DNA of 64,000 bases. Source: a virus. Made by a program: the position numbers and the translations under genes. Positions 10,145 to 20,268 of the stretch are shown here, one piece after another. The notes beneath the pieces were generated by a model, which was not told the DNA's origin, did no database searches, and was given only the letters and a program-made list of their open reading frames with translations. Every line of letters starts with the position of its first letter. Position 1 is the first letter of the stretch. The DNA lies in IMG/VR virus record IMGVR_UViG_3300037069_000806, positions 3,493-67,492 of that record, one strand, 5' to 3'.

Positions 10145-10882
10145 GTGCAATACATCGGATCGGTAGGAAGCAAGGCGGAAACCGCAACCAGCCCAACCTG
10201 CGTGATCACCGTCGGTATCGCGGTGCCCAAGGGATCCAAGGTGTGCGTGGCGGCTGTCCACAACGCATCCGCTCTCCCCACCGGGATCGCCGACTCGCGC
10301 GGGAACACCTACACCCTGGACAAGACCGCCTCACCCTCCGGCGCACCGGTTACCCAGACGACGGTTGGCGCTTCGACATTGAGCGTTGCCCTCCAGGTGG
10401 GTGACACGATCACGGTTACTTGGGCCACCGGACAGTCCCGCCTGTGCGCCGTGGCTGACGCTTTCTCCCCGGCCGGGGCGTTGGATGTGAGTGCCGAGGC
10501 CACGGGATCATCGACGGCACCCAGTGCCGGATCGTCCGGCACCCTGGGTCACGCGGATGAAGTTGTCTATGTCGCTCACGGCGTTGGGGCGAGCACCGTC
10601 CCCACGATGACTGGGGGATTCAGCGCGGCCTCCTCGGTAGCCACAGCCAGGGGGTCTAACGAGCGGGCAGTGGCGGCCGGGTACCAGTTCACCACGGCCA
10701 CCACAGCGGTCACCGGATCGGCGACCCTGTCAGCCTCGGCCTCGTGGTGCTCGGCCATGGTCTCTTACCCGATGACTCCCCAGTGGAGCGAGTGGAACGG
10801 CACAACAGAGGCACCCCTCACGGTCGACGGCGAGTGGAATGGAACCGCCATCGGAGCCCTCTCATTCGACTTCGTGACTTAG
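10145..10882 (+). CDS. Minor tail / adhesin-like protein
   Basis: Thr/Ser/Ala-rich beta protein (DSRGNTYT motif); GGAGGT SD; tail module. Confidence 0.65.
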   Translation: MQYIGSVGSKAETATSPTCVITVGIAVPKGSKVCVAAVHNASALPTGIADSRGNTYTLDKTASPSGAPVTQTTVGASTLSVALQVGDTITVTWATGQSRLCAVADAFSPAGALDVSAEATGSSTAPSAGSSGTLGHADEVVYVAHGVGASTVPTMTGGFSAASSVATARGSNERAVAAGYQFTTATTAVTGSATLSASASWCSAMVSYPMTPQWSEWNGTTEAPLTVDGEWNGTAIGALSFDFVT

Positions 10883-11010
10883 CACCTGGGCAACCGGTTC
10901 AGATAGCCTGGAACCCGGGATCCCAACATCGAAGCACCTCTCGAAGCACTTCCTGATCTCCCCGTTGCATACACGGATCCGGCCAACACCTCGACCGACG
11001 GAGATCACGC

Positions 11011-11460
11011 ATGGGATTCACAGCGTCTCTTCCCTTCCGCCTGGGCCCTGATGGCTCGGTGGCGCTGGAGACCGATCCCAACGTCCAGACGGACCAGCGG
11101 ATTCGTGCGCTCGTGGGGACCGTCCCGACCCAGCGCCTCATGCGTCTCGACTACGGGGTGAACCTTCCGGCCCTGGTCTTCGAGGACGAAGACATTGCCG
11201 AGGGAGAACTCCTACAGATGGTGACCAACTCCATGGCGATGTGGGAGCCGGGGGTCCAGGTCCAGAGCGTGGACGCGGTCCGTTCCAGCACATCCGCTGA
11301 CATTCCCAGCGAGGGTTGGGGACCCGATGACCCCATCGTGGACGTCTCTGTCCGCTACCAGCGAGTCGACTCGTACACCAGCCCGGTGTCCGTGGCCAAG
11401 AAGTTGCACACGGCTGTGATCCGCGTCGGCGGAGAGGTGATGGAGGTTCTCGGTGGCTAA
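11011..11460 (+). CDS. Baseplate wedge protein (GpW/gp25-like)
   Basis: SLPF...QRIRALVGT.P.QRLMRLDYG..L..LVFE...WEP. Confidence 0.88.
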   Translation: MGFTASLPFRLGPDGSVALETDPNVQTDQRIRALVGTVPTQRLMRLDYGVNLPALVFEDEDIAEGELLQMVTNSMAMWEPGVQVQSVDAVRSSTSADIPSEGWGPDDPIVDVSVRYQRVDSYTSPVSVAKKLHTAVIRVGGEVMEVLGG

Positions 11461-12967
11461 CGTCAACGCCGACTACACCAGCAAGGACTACGACGGCTTC
11501 CGGGCCTCTTTGCTGTCGTACGCCCGCGCTACCTACCCCGACTGGTCCGGTGCTCAGACGGAGCACCCCAGCGACTTCGGCGTGATGCTGGTCGAGTTGT
11601 TCTCGTACATGGGTGACATCCTGTCCTTCTACGGAGACCGGGCCGTGCTGGAATCCTTCCTCAGCACCGCCACCCTGCGCTCTTCGGTCCTGGCGCACGC
11701 CGAGACCCTGGGCTACGTACCCGTGGGTCGGGTGGCTGCAACTGGAACGGTCACCGTGAACAACCAGAGCACGGTTGCCTCGGTCATTCCGGCGGGCACC
11801 AAGTTCATGACCGACTTCGTCACGGACCTCGACAGCCCGATCTTCTTCGAGTCCACGGCCGACGTGACTATCGCCCCCTCCAGCAACGGCAACGTCACTG
11901 TGAGCGAGGGATCCAGCCAGGGCACGATGACCATCACCGTGAACGATGGCACCGCCTCGCAGCAGAACGTCCTGGTCGAACTGCTCGGCACCTCGGACGG
12001 AACGATTGATCAGGTCTTCGTTCTTCGCGCCGCGAACGCTATTGATGCCAGCGTTCGGGTCTTCTCCGATGAGATCAACCCGAACACGTTGACCACCAAG
12101 GAGGAGTACACACGCTTCCTCTTCATCGTCAACGCGACCCCGCTGGACCTGGCCTACGAACTCCGGTACGACGACAAGGGCATCGCCTCCATCACCTTCG
12201 GGGACGGCGTCAACGGCATCGTCCCTCCCGCCGGGACGCAGGTCTACGCGGCCTACCAAGTGGGCGTTGGCGTTCGGGGCAACCTACCGTCCGCCGCCAT
12301 CACAGAGATCGCCAGCGCGGTGGACGACGGGATCTCACTGGTGACCAGCAGTGCCACAACGGGGGGCACGGACGAAGAAGACACACAGTCGATCCGGACC
12401 AACGCCCCGCTCGTGTGGCAGACACAGAACCGGGCCGTCACCGTCCAGGACTACGCAAACCTGGCGCTGGCCACACCCAGCGTGTCCAAGGCGAAGGCCG
12501 TGTCCGCCAGTGCTGGAAGCGTGTCCATCTTCATCTTGGGGCCGGGTGGGAACCCCGCCTCCTCGTCCCTCATGGGTAGCGTCCAGTCGTTCGTGCAGGA
12601 CCGCTGCATGGCAGGGACCACCGTCTCCTGCCTCGCGGGTACTGCCGTCCCGGTGAACCTAGGAACTGCGGGCAGCCCGGTGGTCATCGGTGTCAACGAC
12701 CGTGCCATCGCGACAGTCACCAAGGACTCAGTCAACCAGGCCCTGATCACTCTGCTGAGCCCCATCAACCGAGACTTCGGCAAGCGCGTGACGATCTCGG
12801 AGATCTACCGCGCCATCGCCAACGTCCCGGGCGTGGACTACGCCATCGTCACGATGATGGCCCGCGCCGACGCGACCCAGTCCGGAACCAGCGATGCCGT
12901 CATGGCGGACTGGGAGATCCCTTCCCCCGGCACCTTCTACCTGACCGCCGAGGGCGGCATTGCGTAA
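11453..12967 (+). CDS. Baseplate J-like wedge protein
   Basis: DYTSKDY, SDFGVMLVELFSYMGDILSFYGD, FGDGVNG..PP and GG.DEE...IR..AP...QNRAVT..DY motifs. Confidence 0.93.
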   Translation: MANVNADYTSKDYDGFRASLLSYARATYPDWSGAQTEHPSDFGVMLVELFSYMGDILSFYGDRAVLESFLSTATLRSSVLAHAETLGYVPVGRVAATGTVTVNNQSTVASVIPAGTKFMTDFVTDLDSPIFFESTADVTIAPSSNGNVTVSEGSSQGTMTITVNDGTASQQNVLVELLGTSDGTIDQVFVLRAANAIDASVRVFSDEINPNTLTTKEEYTRFLFIVNATPLDLAYELRYDDKGIASITFGDGVNGIVPPAGTQVYAAYQVGVGVRGNLPSAAITEIASAVDDGISLVTSSATTGGTDEEDTQSIRTNAPLVWQTQNRAVTVQDYANLALATPSVSKAKAVSASAGSVSIFILGPGGNPASSSLMGSVQSFVQDRCMAGTTVSCLAGTAVPVNLGTAGSPVVIGVNDRAIATVTKDSVNQALITLLSPINRDFGKRVTISEIYRAIANVPGVDYAIVTMMARADATQSGTSDAVMADWEIPSPGTFYLTAEGGIA

Positions 12968-12979
12968 GGACGAGGAATC

Positions 12980-13585
12980 ATGAGTGCTGTCTGGCCTGCT
13001 GGCATCAAGTCGTTCACCACCAAGGTGAACAACGTCAACGTCGTGGACGCTGGCGATGTCGACTCGCTCCAGGACGAGGTCAACGCCCTGGAGACGATCC
13101 TCGGCGTGAACCCCCACGGCTCTTACCTGACCGTGGCGGATCGCCTTGCCGCCCTGAACCCGGGCGCGTACCCCACCCCGATAACAGTGGTTGGGCCAGC
13201 ACAGAGCATCACGGCCACGGAGTGGGCCTACCTCCCGTCGCAGGTCTCGACCATCTTCACCTTGCCCGCCCCGGCCATCGTCCAGGCCTCATACGGTGCC
13301 TGGCTGTCGCTTGGTCCGACGCCCTCCACCAACGACGTCCGGCTAGGTTGCGTGATCTCGACCGGCGCAACCATCTCTCCGACCGACCCGTCGTGGGGGG
13401 CCGTCCCATACTTGTTCAACTCCTCCAGTACGGACACGGCTGCGAGCCAGGGCTTCGCGACGAAGACCTTCACCTGCAACGCAGGAGCATCCGCTGCGGC
13501 GCTCTATGCCTACCGGACCAACACCTCCTCCACGGCTGCCGTGAGTTACGCCTTCCTCACCATCACCGTCCTGCGCTGGCTGTAA
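12980..13585 (+). CDS. Minor tail protein
   Basis: AVWP..IKSFTTK...VDAGDV..LQDEVNALE..LG.NP N-terminal motif; synteny. Confidence 0.65.
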   Translation: MSAVWPAGIKSFTTKVNNVNVVDAGDVDSLQDEVNALETILGVNPHGSYLTVADRLAALNPGAYPTPITVVGPAQSITATEWAYLPSQVSTIFTLPAPAIVQASYGAWLSLGPTPSTNDVRLGCVISTGATISPTDPSWGAVPYLFNSSSTDTAASQGFATKTFTCNAGASAAALYAYRTNTSSTAAVSYAFLTITVLRWL

Positions 13586-13588
13586 CCC

Positions 13589-16033
13589 ATGGCCGTCTAT
13601 GGGGTCGACTACTACGGGACCGTCCGGTACGGAAGCGGCTCGGGCGGCAGTGGCAGCAGCGCATTCACCGTCGAGGACATCCGTGGCGCTAGCGTTGCTC
13701 CTCTCAGCGCGGTCCTCAATGACTTCGGCGTCGTCACGCTCAACTGGACATCCCCGGACACGCTGGGGGCCCAGGGATCCATCTACCAGATGGTCCGGAT
13801 CGTTCGCAGCCTGCGCGGGTACCCGATCTCGTTCGATGACGGAGACCTTGCCTTCCAGTCCGCGTACCCGGCCACGTCCTACACCGACTCAGGGCTGCTG
13901 CCGGGTCGGTTCTACTACTACTCGGCCTTCATCGGTCTGACGCCGGTCAAGTGGGACAGCACCATCACGTACATCCAGAACGAGTTGGTCACGGGTTCCG
14001 ACGGACACCCCTACCTCGCGCTGGCGAACAACACGGCCACCGATCCCACTACGAACCCGGGCACATGGGAACTCCTCGCGGACGGTGCGGTTGTCTGGGT
14101 CAAGGCCGAGGGGATCACGGTGCTGCCGACCGCCAACCACTACTACAAGAATGCGGTCTACCAGAGCATCCCCGCCCCATACCGCGCGCTGAGCGACAGC
14201 GTCGGCACCTCTCCGGCCGAGGTCGACAACCCGGACCTGCGCAAGTTCACCGACGTCTTCGCCTTCGCCCTGGATCAGATCCGCACCGACTACGACCAAA
14301 TCCCTTTGTCTAGGGACGTAGACAAGATGCGGGCGTCTCTTCTCGACGTCCTCGCGGCTGACCTGGGCGATGGCACCTACCCGTCGGTTCCGTACCGGCA
14401 ACGGCGGGCGCGCGCGAAGTCCTTCAGCATGATCAGCAGGCTGAAGGGCTCAGTGGAGGGCATCCGTTCGTCGGTCAACTCGGTCACCGACTGGGACATC
14501 GTGATCGACCCCGGCACCAACATGATGCTTGACCTGGACGTGGCGGAGTTCCGGTACCCGATTGTTCCCGTGTGGAGCCTGGCGGTCTCTTACCCAGCCG
14601 GAGCCGTCGTGAAGGACGGGGCCTACTACTACCAGTGCAAGACCGGCGGGGCCCTTGGGACGGGCCAGGCACCCAGCGGGGCGGCCACCACCAATACGTG
14701 GTGGACCTACCTGACCGAGGCGAACACGGAGTACCCGTACGTCGGGGACTACAGCCCGAACACCATCTACGGGAAGAGTTGCGTGGTCTCGTACAGCGGC
14801 CACTTCTACCTCTCGGCGAACACCGGGCTGCTCGGCTCTGCTCCGACCGGGGCCGCGACCAGCAACGCGAACTGGACCTACCTGACGGACGACCTCGGTG
14901 TCCTCAACGACGGCAACGTGGACACCGGAGGGTTCAGCGGCTGGGAGGCAGGTATCGGGACGCTGGACAAGGTCGCGACCGATCCCTACATCTTCAACTA
15001 CTTCATGACGAAGGCGCACAACCAAACAGGGCCCGACGGCAGCGCCAACGCGTCGAACCTGCTGAAGGTCACAAACCTGTCGGGTAGCACGCAGTCCGTC
15101 GGAGCGCGATCCGTTCCTCGCATGTTGTCGACGGCCGCCCTCTCGAACGTGCTCACCCAGGGAGACGTGGCCAAGTGGGGTGTACCGATCCCCACGCCTG
15201 AAGACTGGGCGAGCAACAAGAAGTACCACGCGGCGGACGTGGTCCAGTGGGGGCCCTCTCGGTACGTCTGCGTCGCCGACAACGTCGGAGTCTCCCCAAC
15301 GGGAACCACCAACGGCAACCTCTACTGGGCATACCTCAGCCGGGTTGAGGACGTGGCATACACGGCTTCGTACTCGACCCAGAAGGCCGGGGCGACGGGG
15401 CGGGTGGCCCGCGCGCAGATCGAGTGGTACTCCGGCGATGGCGTCCTCATCGCAACCGCTGCTGAGTGGCTGGATAACACCGACATCGGGATGCAGTACG
15501 CCGACACTTTCGCGGGCTTCGGGATCCTCGACGTCCGGCATCTTCCGTTCCGGGCAGGTACCGCCGTGGATGCGACTTGGACCACGGTCGCCTCGTCGGC
15601 ATGGCGGGTCGGGTACAACGTGGCCTACCTCGATCCTTCGGTTGCTGGCCAGCCCACTAGGGACTTCGCGTGGTTCACAGGCGAGACCAACGGGACAGTG
15701 GCCATCACCTTCCGCGACATCCCGGCGTCTGCTACGCGGGGCTCCGGCGTGCTCTTTCGAGGGTCAGACGACTCCAACTACTGGTACGCGACCAGCAGGG
15801 CGCTGGTGAAGGTCGTGGCGGGGACAGCGACCACTCTTGCTACCTGGACACCCCTTAGCCCGGGCGACCGGATGAGGGTGAACTTCTCTGACAGCGCCGG
15901 GGGCGTCGAGGTTCTTAAGTACAACTCGGTCGACCAGTGGGTGGCGAACGGACGCTTCACGTCCCTGGCTATTTCCGCTGACACGTTCAACCAGACCGCG
16001 ACCCGCGTCGGGGTCTACGCCGACTTCCTATAG
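13589..16033 (+). CDS. Tail protein with a P2 gpI-like segment and four CBM5/12-like repeats
   Basis: MAVYGVDYYG start; LLDVLAADLG..RLKGS..GI; repeats WDSTITY, WSLAVSY, YSPNTIY and WASNKKY. Confidence 0.75.
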   Translation: MAVYGVDYYGTVRYGSGSGGSGSSAFTVEDIRGASVAPLSAVLNDFGVVTLNWTSPDTLGAQGSIYQMVRIVRSLRGYPISFDDGDLAFQSAYPATSYTDSGLLPGRFYYYSAFIGLTPVKWDSTITYIQNELVTGSDGHPYLALANNTATDPTTNPGTWELLADGAVVWVKAEGITVLPTANHYYKNAVYQSIPAPYRALSDSVGTSPAEVDNPDLRKFTDVFAFALDQIRTDYDQIPLSRDVDKMRASLLDVLAADLGDGTYPSVPYRQRRARAKSFSMISRLKGSVEGIRSSVNSVTDWDIVIDPGTNMMLDLDVAEFRYPIVPVWSLAVSYPAGAVVKDGAYYYQCKTGGALGTGQAPSGAATTNTWWTYLTEANTEYPYVGDYSPNTIYGKSCVVSYSGHFYLSANTGLLGSAPTGAATSNANWTYLTDDLGVLNDGNVDTGGFSGWEAGIGTLDKVATDPYIFNYFMTKAHNQTGPDGSANASNLLKVTNLSGSTQSVGARSVPRMLSTAALSNVLTQGDVAKWGVPIPTPEDWASNKKYHAADVVQWGPSRYVCVADNVGVSPTGTTNGNLYWAYLSRVEDVAYTASYSTQKAGATGRVARAQIEWYSGDGVLIATAAEWLDNTDIGMQYADTFAGFGILDVRHLPFRAGTAVDATWTTVASSAWRVGYNVAYLDPSVAGQPTRDFAWFTGETNGTVAITFRDIPASATRGSGVLFRGSDDSNYWYATSRALVKVVAGTATTLATWTPLSPGDRMRVNFSDSAGGVEVLKYNSVDQWVANGRFTSLAISADTFNQTATRVGVYADFL

Positions 16034-16041
16034 GACTACTG

Positions 16042-18078
16042 ATGACTGTCTTCTTCCCTGGCCCCCTGAGCGGCCACGTCGGGCTCTCCGGTGACATCAC
16101 GCTGCGCAAGTTCGTGCCCGCCAACAGCCTGTCCGACTTCGCCTACTGGCACACCAAGCGCAGCCAGATCACCGCAGGGAACGACCGGCCGGACCCGATC
16201 ATGACGCTGGTCACGCAGTCCGACGAGTACACCAACACGACCTGGGTCCGGCCCGCTGTGGCCGCGACCGCTCCCCGCGAGTACTACAAGACCTTCGACC
16301 CAGTTAACCCGGACTCCTCGGTTCTGCTCTGGCCACGGGCGAAGTTCGCGGCGGTCAAGGCGATCTGGGATGCGGTCCCCAACAACGAGGCGCACCTGCT
16401 GACGGACGTCCAGTTCGAGCAGTCCCAGGGCAGCCTTCGCAACCTGCTGTCCTTCGAGGCCGCGACCATGGAGGGGCGCGTCTTCCCCTACGTGGAGTGG
16501 GTCGGGGGCGGCACCGCCACGCTTGACGTCAATGGGTACCCCGGCGTGGACCAGAGCACTGACCGGGCCTTCTCCGGCACGCACTCCTGCAAGGTGCTCG
16601 GGGCTTCGGACGGAGCGAACTACTCCCCGATCACCACTCCCTTCTTGGGAATGGGGGACGTCGCTGGGATGGATGGCGAGTACATCACGGGCCAAGCGAT
16701 GATCAGCGCTTCCACCAGCGGCAGGCAGTACGAGTTGAACGTTCGGTTCTACGACGCGAACGGTGCGGCCCTCGGCACCGTGACCTCCTCGACCATGACG
16801 AGCAACGGCACCGACACCTGGATTCCGGTGACCATGATCGCTCTCGTCCCGGCTGGAGCCATCTGGGCTTCGGTGGTGGGCGTCGGGCTGGCGCAGAAGT
16901 ACAAGTCTGCGACGGCAGCCTCCTGGTCGTACGACTCCACCAGCGGCAAGAACACAGTCACGACCACAGCCGCCCACAACTTCGACGCTGGGCAGGAGGT
17001 CATAGTCAACACGAGCGAGGCCGACATCAACGGCACCTTCGTGATCACCGACGTGACCAGCACCACCTTCTCGTACCGGGTCTCACCGGCCCCCGTCTCG
17101 TCGGGAACCTGCACCGGGACCGCGCAGGCATACGACGTGTTCTACGTGGATGACACCCGGCTGCTAGCGCCGCAGGCTTCCTACGGCCCTCGCGCCTACC
17201 AGTCGCCCCGCTCGTTCAACATCAAGGTGCGCCCTCAGAGCATCAACCGGGTCCGGAATCCCAGCATCGAGGACGCGACCATCGGAACACGCGGCTACGC
17301 GGCCTTCGGTCCTGGCACCCCGGCGGTCAGTCGCGACACGACAGTAGCCAAGAGCGGCGCGGCGTCCCTCCACGTTCACGTCCCCTACAACGCGGGAGCG
17401 ACGACCGACACCTACGGGGTTCGAACGACCACGTCAGCCGACGGGGTCAACAACTCGCTGGTGACCGGTCTGAAGCCCTCCACGACGTACACCTTCAGCA
17501 CCTGGCTCAAGCAGGGACCCGGCTGCCCCAACGTCCGGACGCTCTTCGGAGTGGGGGAGGACCGGTTCAGCGGGCTAACCGCAGCAGACATCCGGGCCAT
17601 GCATTCCAACAACCCCATGTACGTGGATGGGGACTGGACCCGGCTCTTCTACACCTTCACGACCTCCGACAGCGAACTCACGGGCGAGTGCTTCCTCAAG
17701 GCCTACATCGCCAACGACGACCAGCAGTCTGGGGTCAACTCCGACTTCTGGATCGACATGACCATGGTCATCGAGGGCAACCTGCCGGGCGACTACTTCG
17801 ACGGCGGCACCAGCATCGACACGATGTGGACCGGCACCCCGTCCTGGTCACGCAGCCATTACTACCCGGGGCTCCGCGAGCGGTCAACCGTCTTGACCGA
17901 ACTGGTTACGAATGCGCTTCCCAGAGATGCGGCTTTCACTGTTACATTCGGAGTGGACGAAGACCAGTACATCCCGTCCGTCGGAACACCCGCTGCCCCC
18001 GGCGCACCTGGACCGCGCTACCTCGGGCGCGACTCGCCATACCCGGAGCGGCTCATCGCCGCCCTGTCGTCGTACTAG
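16042..18078 (+). CDS. Tail protein with carbohydrate-binding (CBM4/9-like) domains
   Basis: NLLSFE, NRVRNPSIE, GLKPSTTYTFS.W and YFDG..W.GTP..SRS.YY motifs. Confidence 0.7.
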   Translation: MTVFFPGPLSGHVGLSGDITLRKFVPANSLSDFAYWHTKRSQITAGNDRPDPIMTLVTQSDEYTNTTWVRPAVAATAPREYYKTFDPVNPDSSVLLWPRAKFAAVKAIWDAVPNNEAHLLTDVQFEQSQGSLRNLLSFEAATMEGRVFPYVEWVGGGTATLDVNGYPGVDQSTDRAFSGTHSCKVLGASDGANYSPITTPFLGMGDVAGMDGEYITGQAMISASTSGRQYELNVRFYDANGAALGTVTSSTMTSNGTDTWIPVTMIALVPAGAIWASVVGVGLAQKYKSATAASWSYDSTSGKNTVTTTAAHNFDAGQEVIVNTSEADINGTFVITDVTSTTFSYRVSPAPVSSGTCTGTAQAYDVFYVDDTRLLAPQASYGPRAYQSPRSFNIKVRPQSINRVRNPSIEDATIGTRGYAAFGPGTPAVSRDTTVAKSGAASLHVHVPYNAGATTDTYGVRTTTSADGVNNSLVTGLKPSTTYTFSTWLKQGPGCPNVRTLFGVGEDRFSGLTAADIRAMHSNNPMYVDGDWTRLFYTFTTSDSELTGECFLKAYIANDDQQSGVNSDFWIDMTMVIEGNLPGDYFDGGTSIDTMWTGTPSWSRSHYYPGLRERSTVLTELVTNALPRDAAFTVTFGVDEDQYIPSVGTPAAPGAPGPRYLGRDSPYPERLIAALSSY

Positions 18079-18086
18079 GAGAACCC

Positions 18087-18533
18087 ATGTCTTCTCAGAC
18101 CATTCAACTCATCACCTGGGCCATCACCGTTGTGGCTCCCCTGATCGTCGGGCTCGTCACCAAGTCCTCCACCAACAGCCGGGTCAAGTCCCTGCTGCTC
18201 GCGGCCCTAAGCCTGGCAGTCGGTGTCGGCAACCAGGCCGTGACCGCAGCCAACGCGCACGCCGCGTTCAACCTAACCGGCGCGCTGTACGCATCGACAA
18301 CGGCCCTGGTGACCTCGGTGGCCCTGCACTACGGCGTGTTCAAGCCGACCGGTGCCGCTGCGGCCGTGGCCAGCACCCTGGTCAAGGATGTTCCGGCCCT
18401 GGCCCCCGTTGTTGCCGACATCGAGGCGGCCCTTCCTGCGGCTCCGGCCCCGGCGGACGTGGCGACAGAGTCTGCGGATGTCGCGTCGGCCGTGGCGGCT
18501 GACCCGGCGGTCGCCTCCGACCACGGTGCTTGA
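18087..18533 (+). CDS. Holin-like membrane protein
   Basis: Three hydrophobic segments (PLIVGLVTK..VKSLLLAALS..VALHYGVFKP); AGGAG SD. Confidence 0.65.
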   Translation: MSSQTIQLITWAITVVAPLIVGLVTKSSTNSRVKSLLLAALSLAVGVGNQAVTAANAHAAFNLTGALYASTTALVTSVALHYGVFKPTGAAAAVASTLVKDVPALAPVVADIEAALPAAPAPADVATESADVASAVAADPAVASDHGA

Positions 18534-18792
18534 TCTGATCCTGCTCGTCCTCGCAGTGTTCTGGGCCTGGGAGGGGCTGCTCCCGCTGCTCCCCTCCTGG
18601 GTGCCGGACGCCGCCAAGGCCGGGCTCGTTGCCGCCCTCGCCTTCGGGTTCACCTACCTCCCGCGCAGCGTCCTCCTGGCCCTGGCGGGCGCAGGCGCTG
18701 TGGGGCTGCTGCACGTCGCGTTCGTCCGTCCCAAGGAGCAGGCAACCACTGTCGCCCGGGCCGGTCGAGGACGGATCCCCGGTCTCCCATAG
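18526..18792 (+). CDS. Small membrane protein
   Basis: Hydrophobic segments; overlaps the previous gene by 8 bp. Confidence 0.6.
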   Translation: MLDLILLVLAVFWAWEGLLPLLPSWVPDAAKAGLVAALAFGFTYLPRSVLLALAGAGAVGLLHVAFVRPKEQATTVARAGRGRIPGLP

Positions 18793-18794
18793 GG

Positions 18795-18868
18795 GGCGTG
18801 TCGGTGGACTTCGAACCGCTTCTTCCGTTACGGTTTCTGGTGGAGTGTATTAACTACCACCAGGGAGC
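18795..18868 (+). promoter_or_regulatory. Class-II promoter (GGCGTGTCG...AACCGCTT-N7-TACGGT) with a hairpin over the SD
   Basis: Same layout as at 33658 and 46494; CTGGTGG/CCACCAG stem. Confidence 0.65.
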
Positions 18869-18873
18869 ACCCA

Positions 18874-20016
18874 TTGGCTGACCAGAAGATTCTGTTGGGC
18901 TTCTACGGACCCGGCGACTCAACCACGGCGAACACCGCCGAACTGCTTGACGACTTCCTTGATCATGAGGACGAGATCACCGTCGTGGTCCCGGCCGCCA
19001 AGCGCCCTAGCAAGGGCATCCAGTCCGTCTACGACTGGATCATGGAGGGCCAGGCCCCGCTCCAACAGGTCATCATCACTGGCGACGAGGATCTGCCCCG
19101 GGACTACCCGGAGGAAGACCTGGCGGACGCCCGGGACGACGACCCGTTCGGCGTGGTGTTCTCCGCCGAGGCGGACGAGGCCTACGACAAGGTCTTCCTC
19201 ATCGTCTTGTGGGGCGAGGACGGCGACGAGGCCACTGAGTCCCTGGTCCTGAGCGCCCAGCGCGCCGTGGGCATCAAGGTGCTCGATCTGACCTCCGGCC
19301 TGGACGTCATCGTGCTCGCGCCCCCGGCTGCCGAACCGGCTGAGGATGAGGCAACAGCGCCCGCTCCGGCCCCGCTGAAGAAGAAGCGTCCCTCCGTGGC
19401 GGAGAAGGCAGCCGAGGCCGCAGAGGCCGCTGTAGAGGCTCCCCCTCCGGACGACGAAAGGGCCGCTGCGCCGGACAACCCCGACGAGGACGCTGCGCCA
19501 CGGTCGGCACGGGAGATCCGCGAGGCCATCGAGGCGACGACGTGCAAGTTCTCTGACGAAGAGCGGGCTGCTGATCGCCTTCGGCTCCAGTCCCTTCAGG
19601 ACGGAGCGGCCTACGAGCCAGTCGACCTGCCGCACGACGGTGGCGGTGCTCACGTCGAGCGCAACTACCTGACTGAGTTCGAGGAGTCCTACGAGCGGAT
19701 GATGGCCGCCGCCCGGGCGCTGATCGCGGACAACATGGAGCGGGCAGTCCAGCACGAGCAGGAGATGGCTGACCTGCACTTCTCCCACACCGGGGAGCGG
19801 ACACCGGCTGAGGCCCCCGCCAAGACCCGTGGACGGCCCCGCAAGGACGGTTCCCCGGCGCAGCCCAGGGACACCCGCGTGCGGGTGCTGGTGGACGCCT
19901 CAGGGCAGGTCATCGGTAAGCGCGGATCGGGTCGGCCACCGGCTGACACCACGACCCTGAGCCTCGACCCGGAGGAGTACGCCGTGCTCGCCGGTCACCT
20001 CGGACTGGAGGACTGA
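18874..20016 (+). CDS. Acidic protein with C-terminal AT-hook-like motifs (putative DNA-binding)
   Basis: TRGRPRK and GSGRPP motifs; GGGAG SD before TTG. Confidence 0.65.
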   Translation: MADQKILLGFYGPGDSTTANTAELLDDFLDHEDEITVVVPAAKRPSKGIQSVYDWIMEGQAPLQQVIITGDEDLPRDYPEEDLADARDDDPFGVVFSAEADEAYDKVFLIVLWGEDGDEATESLVLSAQRAVGIKVLDLTSGLDVIVLAPPAAEPAEDEATAPAPAPLKKKRPSVAEKAAEAAEAAVEAPPPDDERAAAPDNPDEDAAPRSAREIREAIEATTCKFSDEERAADRLRLQSLQDGAAYEPVDLPHDGGGAHVERNYLTEFEESYERMMAAARALIADNMERAVQHEQEMADLHFSHTGERTPAEAPAKTRGRPRKDGSPAQPRDTRVRVLVDASGQVIGKRGSGRPPADTTTLSLDPEEYAVLAGHLGLED

Positions 20017-20162
20017 TGTCCATGTGGGACGTACTAATCAAGAAGGCAGAGAAGGCTGACGGGACCAACCTCGTCGTGGCTCTCCTGCTGTTCGCGCTGG
20101 TGGCTTGTGGCGCTGTCTTGGGGTTCGTCGCAGTGCTGGCTGCTTGGTCGAATCACCACTGA
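20016..20162 (+). CDS. 48-aa single-TM protein (below the ORF-track cutoff)
   Basis: MSMWDVLIKKAEKADGTNLVVALLLFALVACGAVLGFVAVLAAWSNHH; TGATG coupling. Confidence 0.55.
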   Translation: MSMWDVLIKKAEKADGTNLVVALLLFALVACGAVLGFVAVLAAWSNHH

Positions 20163-20172
20163 CAGGAAAGGG

Positions 20173-20212
20173 GAGAGGGCCCGGGAGCAATGCGCTCAGA
20201 CCGGGCCCTCTC
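20173..20212 (+). terminator. GC-rich hairpin
   Basis: GAGAGGGCCCGG / CCGGGCCCTCTC perfect 12-bp stem. Confidence 0.55.
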
Positions 20213-20268
20213 ATTGGCCAGCGAGCCCACCACAAACCCGCCGAACCGACACGAGAGAAGCGTATCAG

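Noticed and set aside
1-18078. Bacterial eCIS or tailocin rather than a phage
   Set aside because: Contiguous with a complete phage replisome and early region and no host housekeeping genes; head genes are presumably outside the window.
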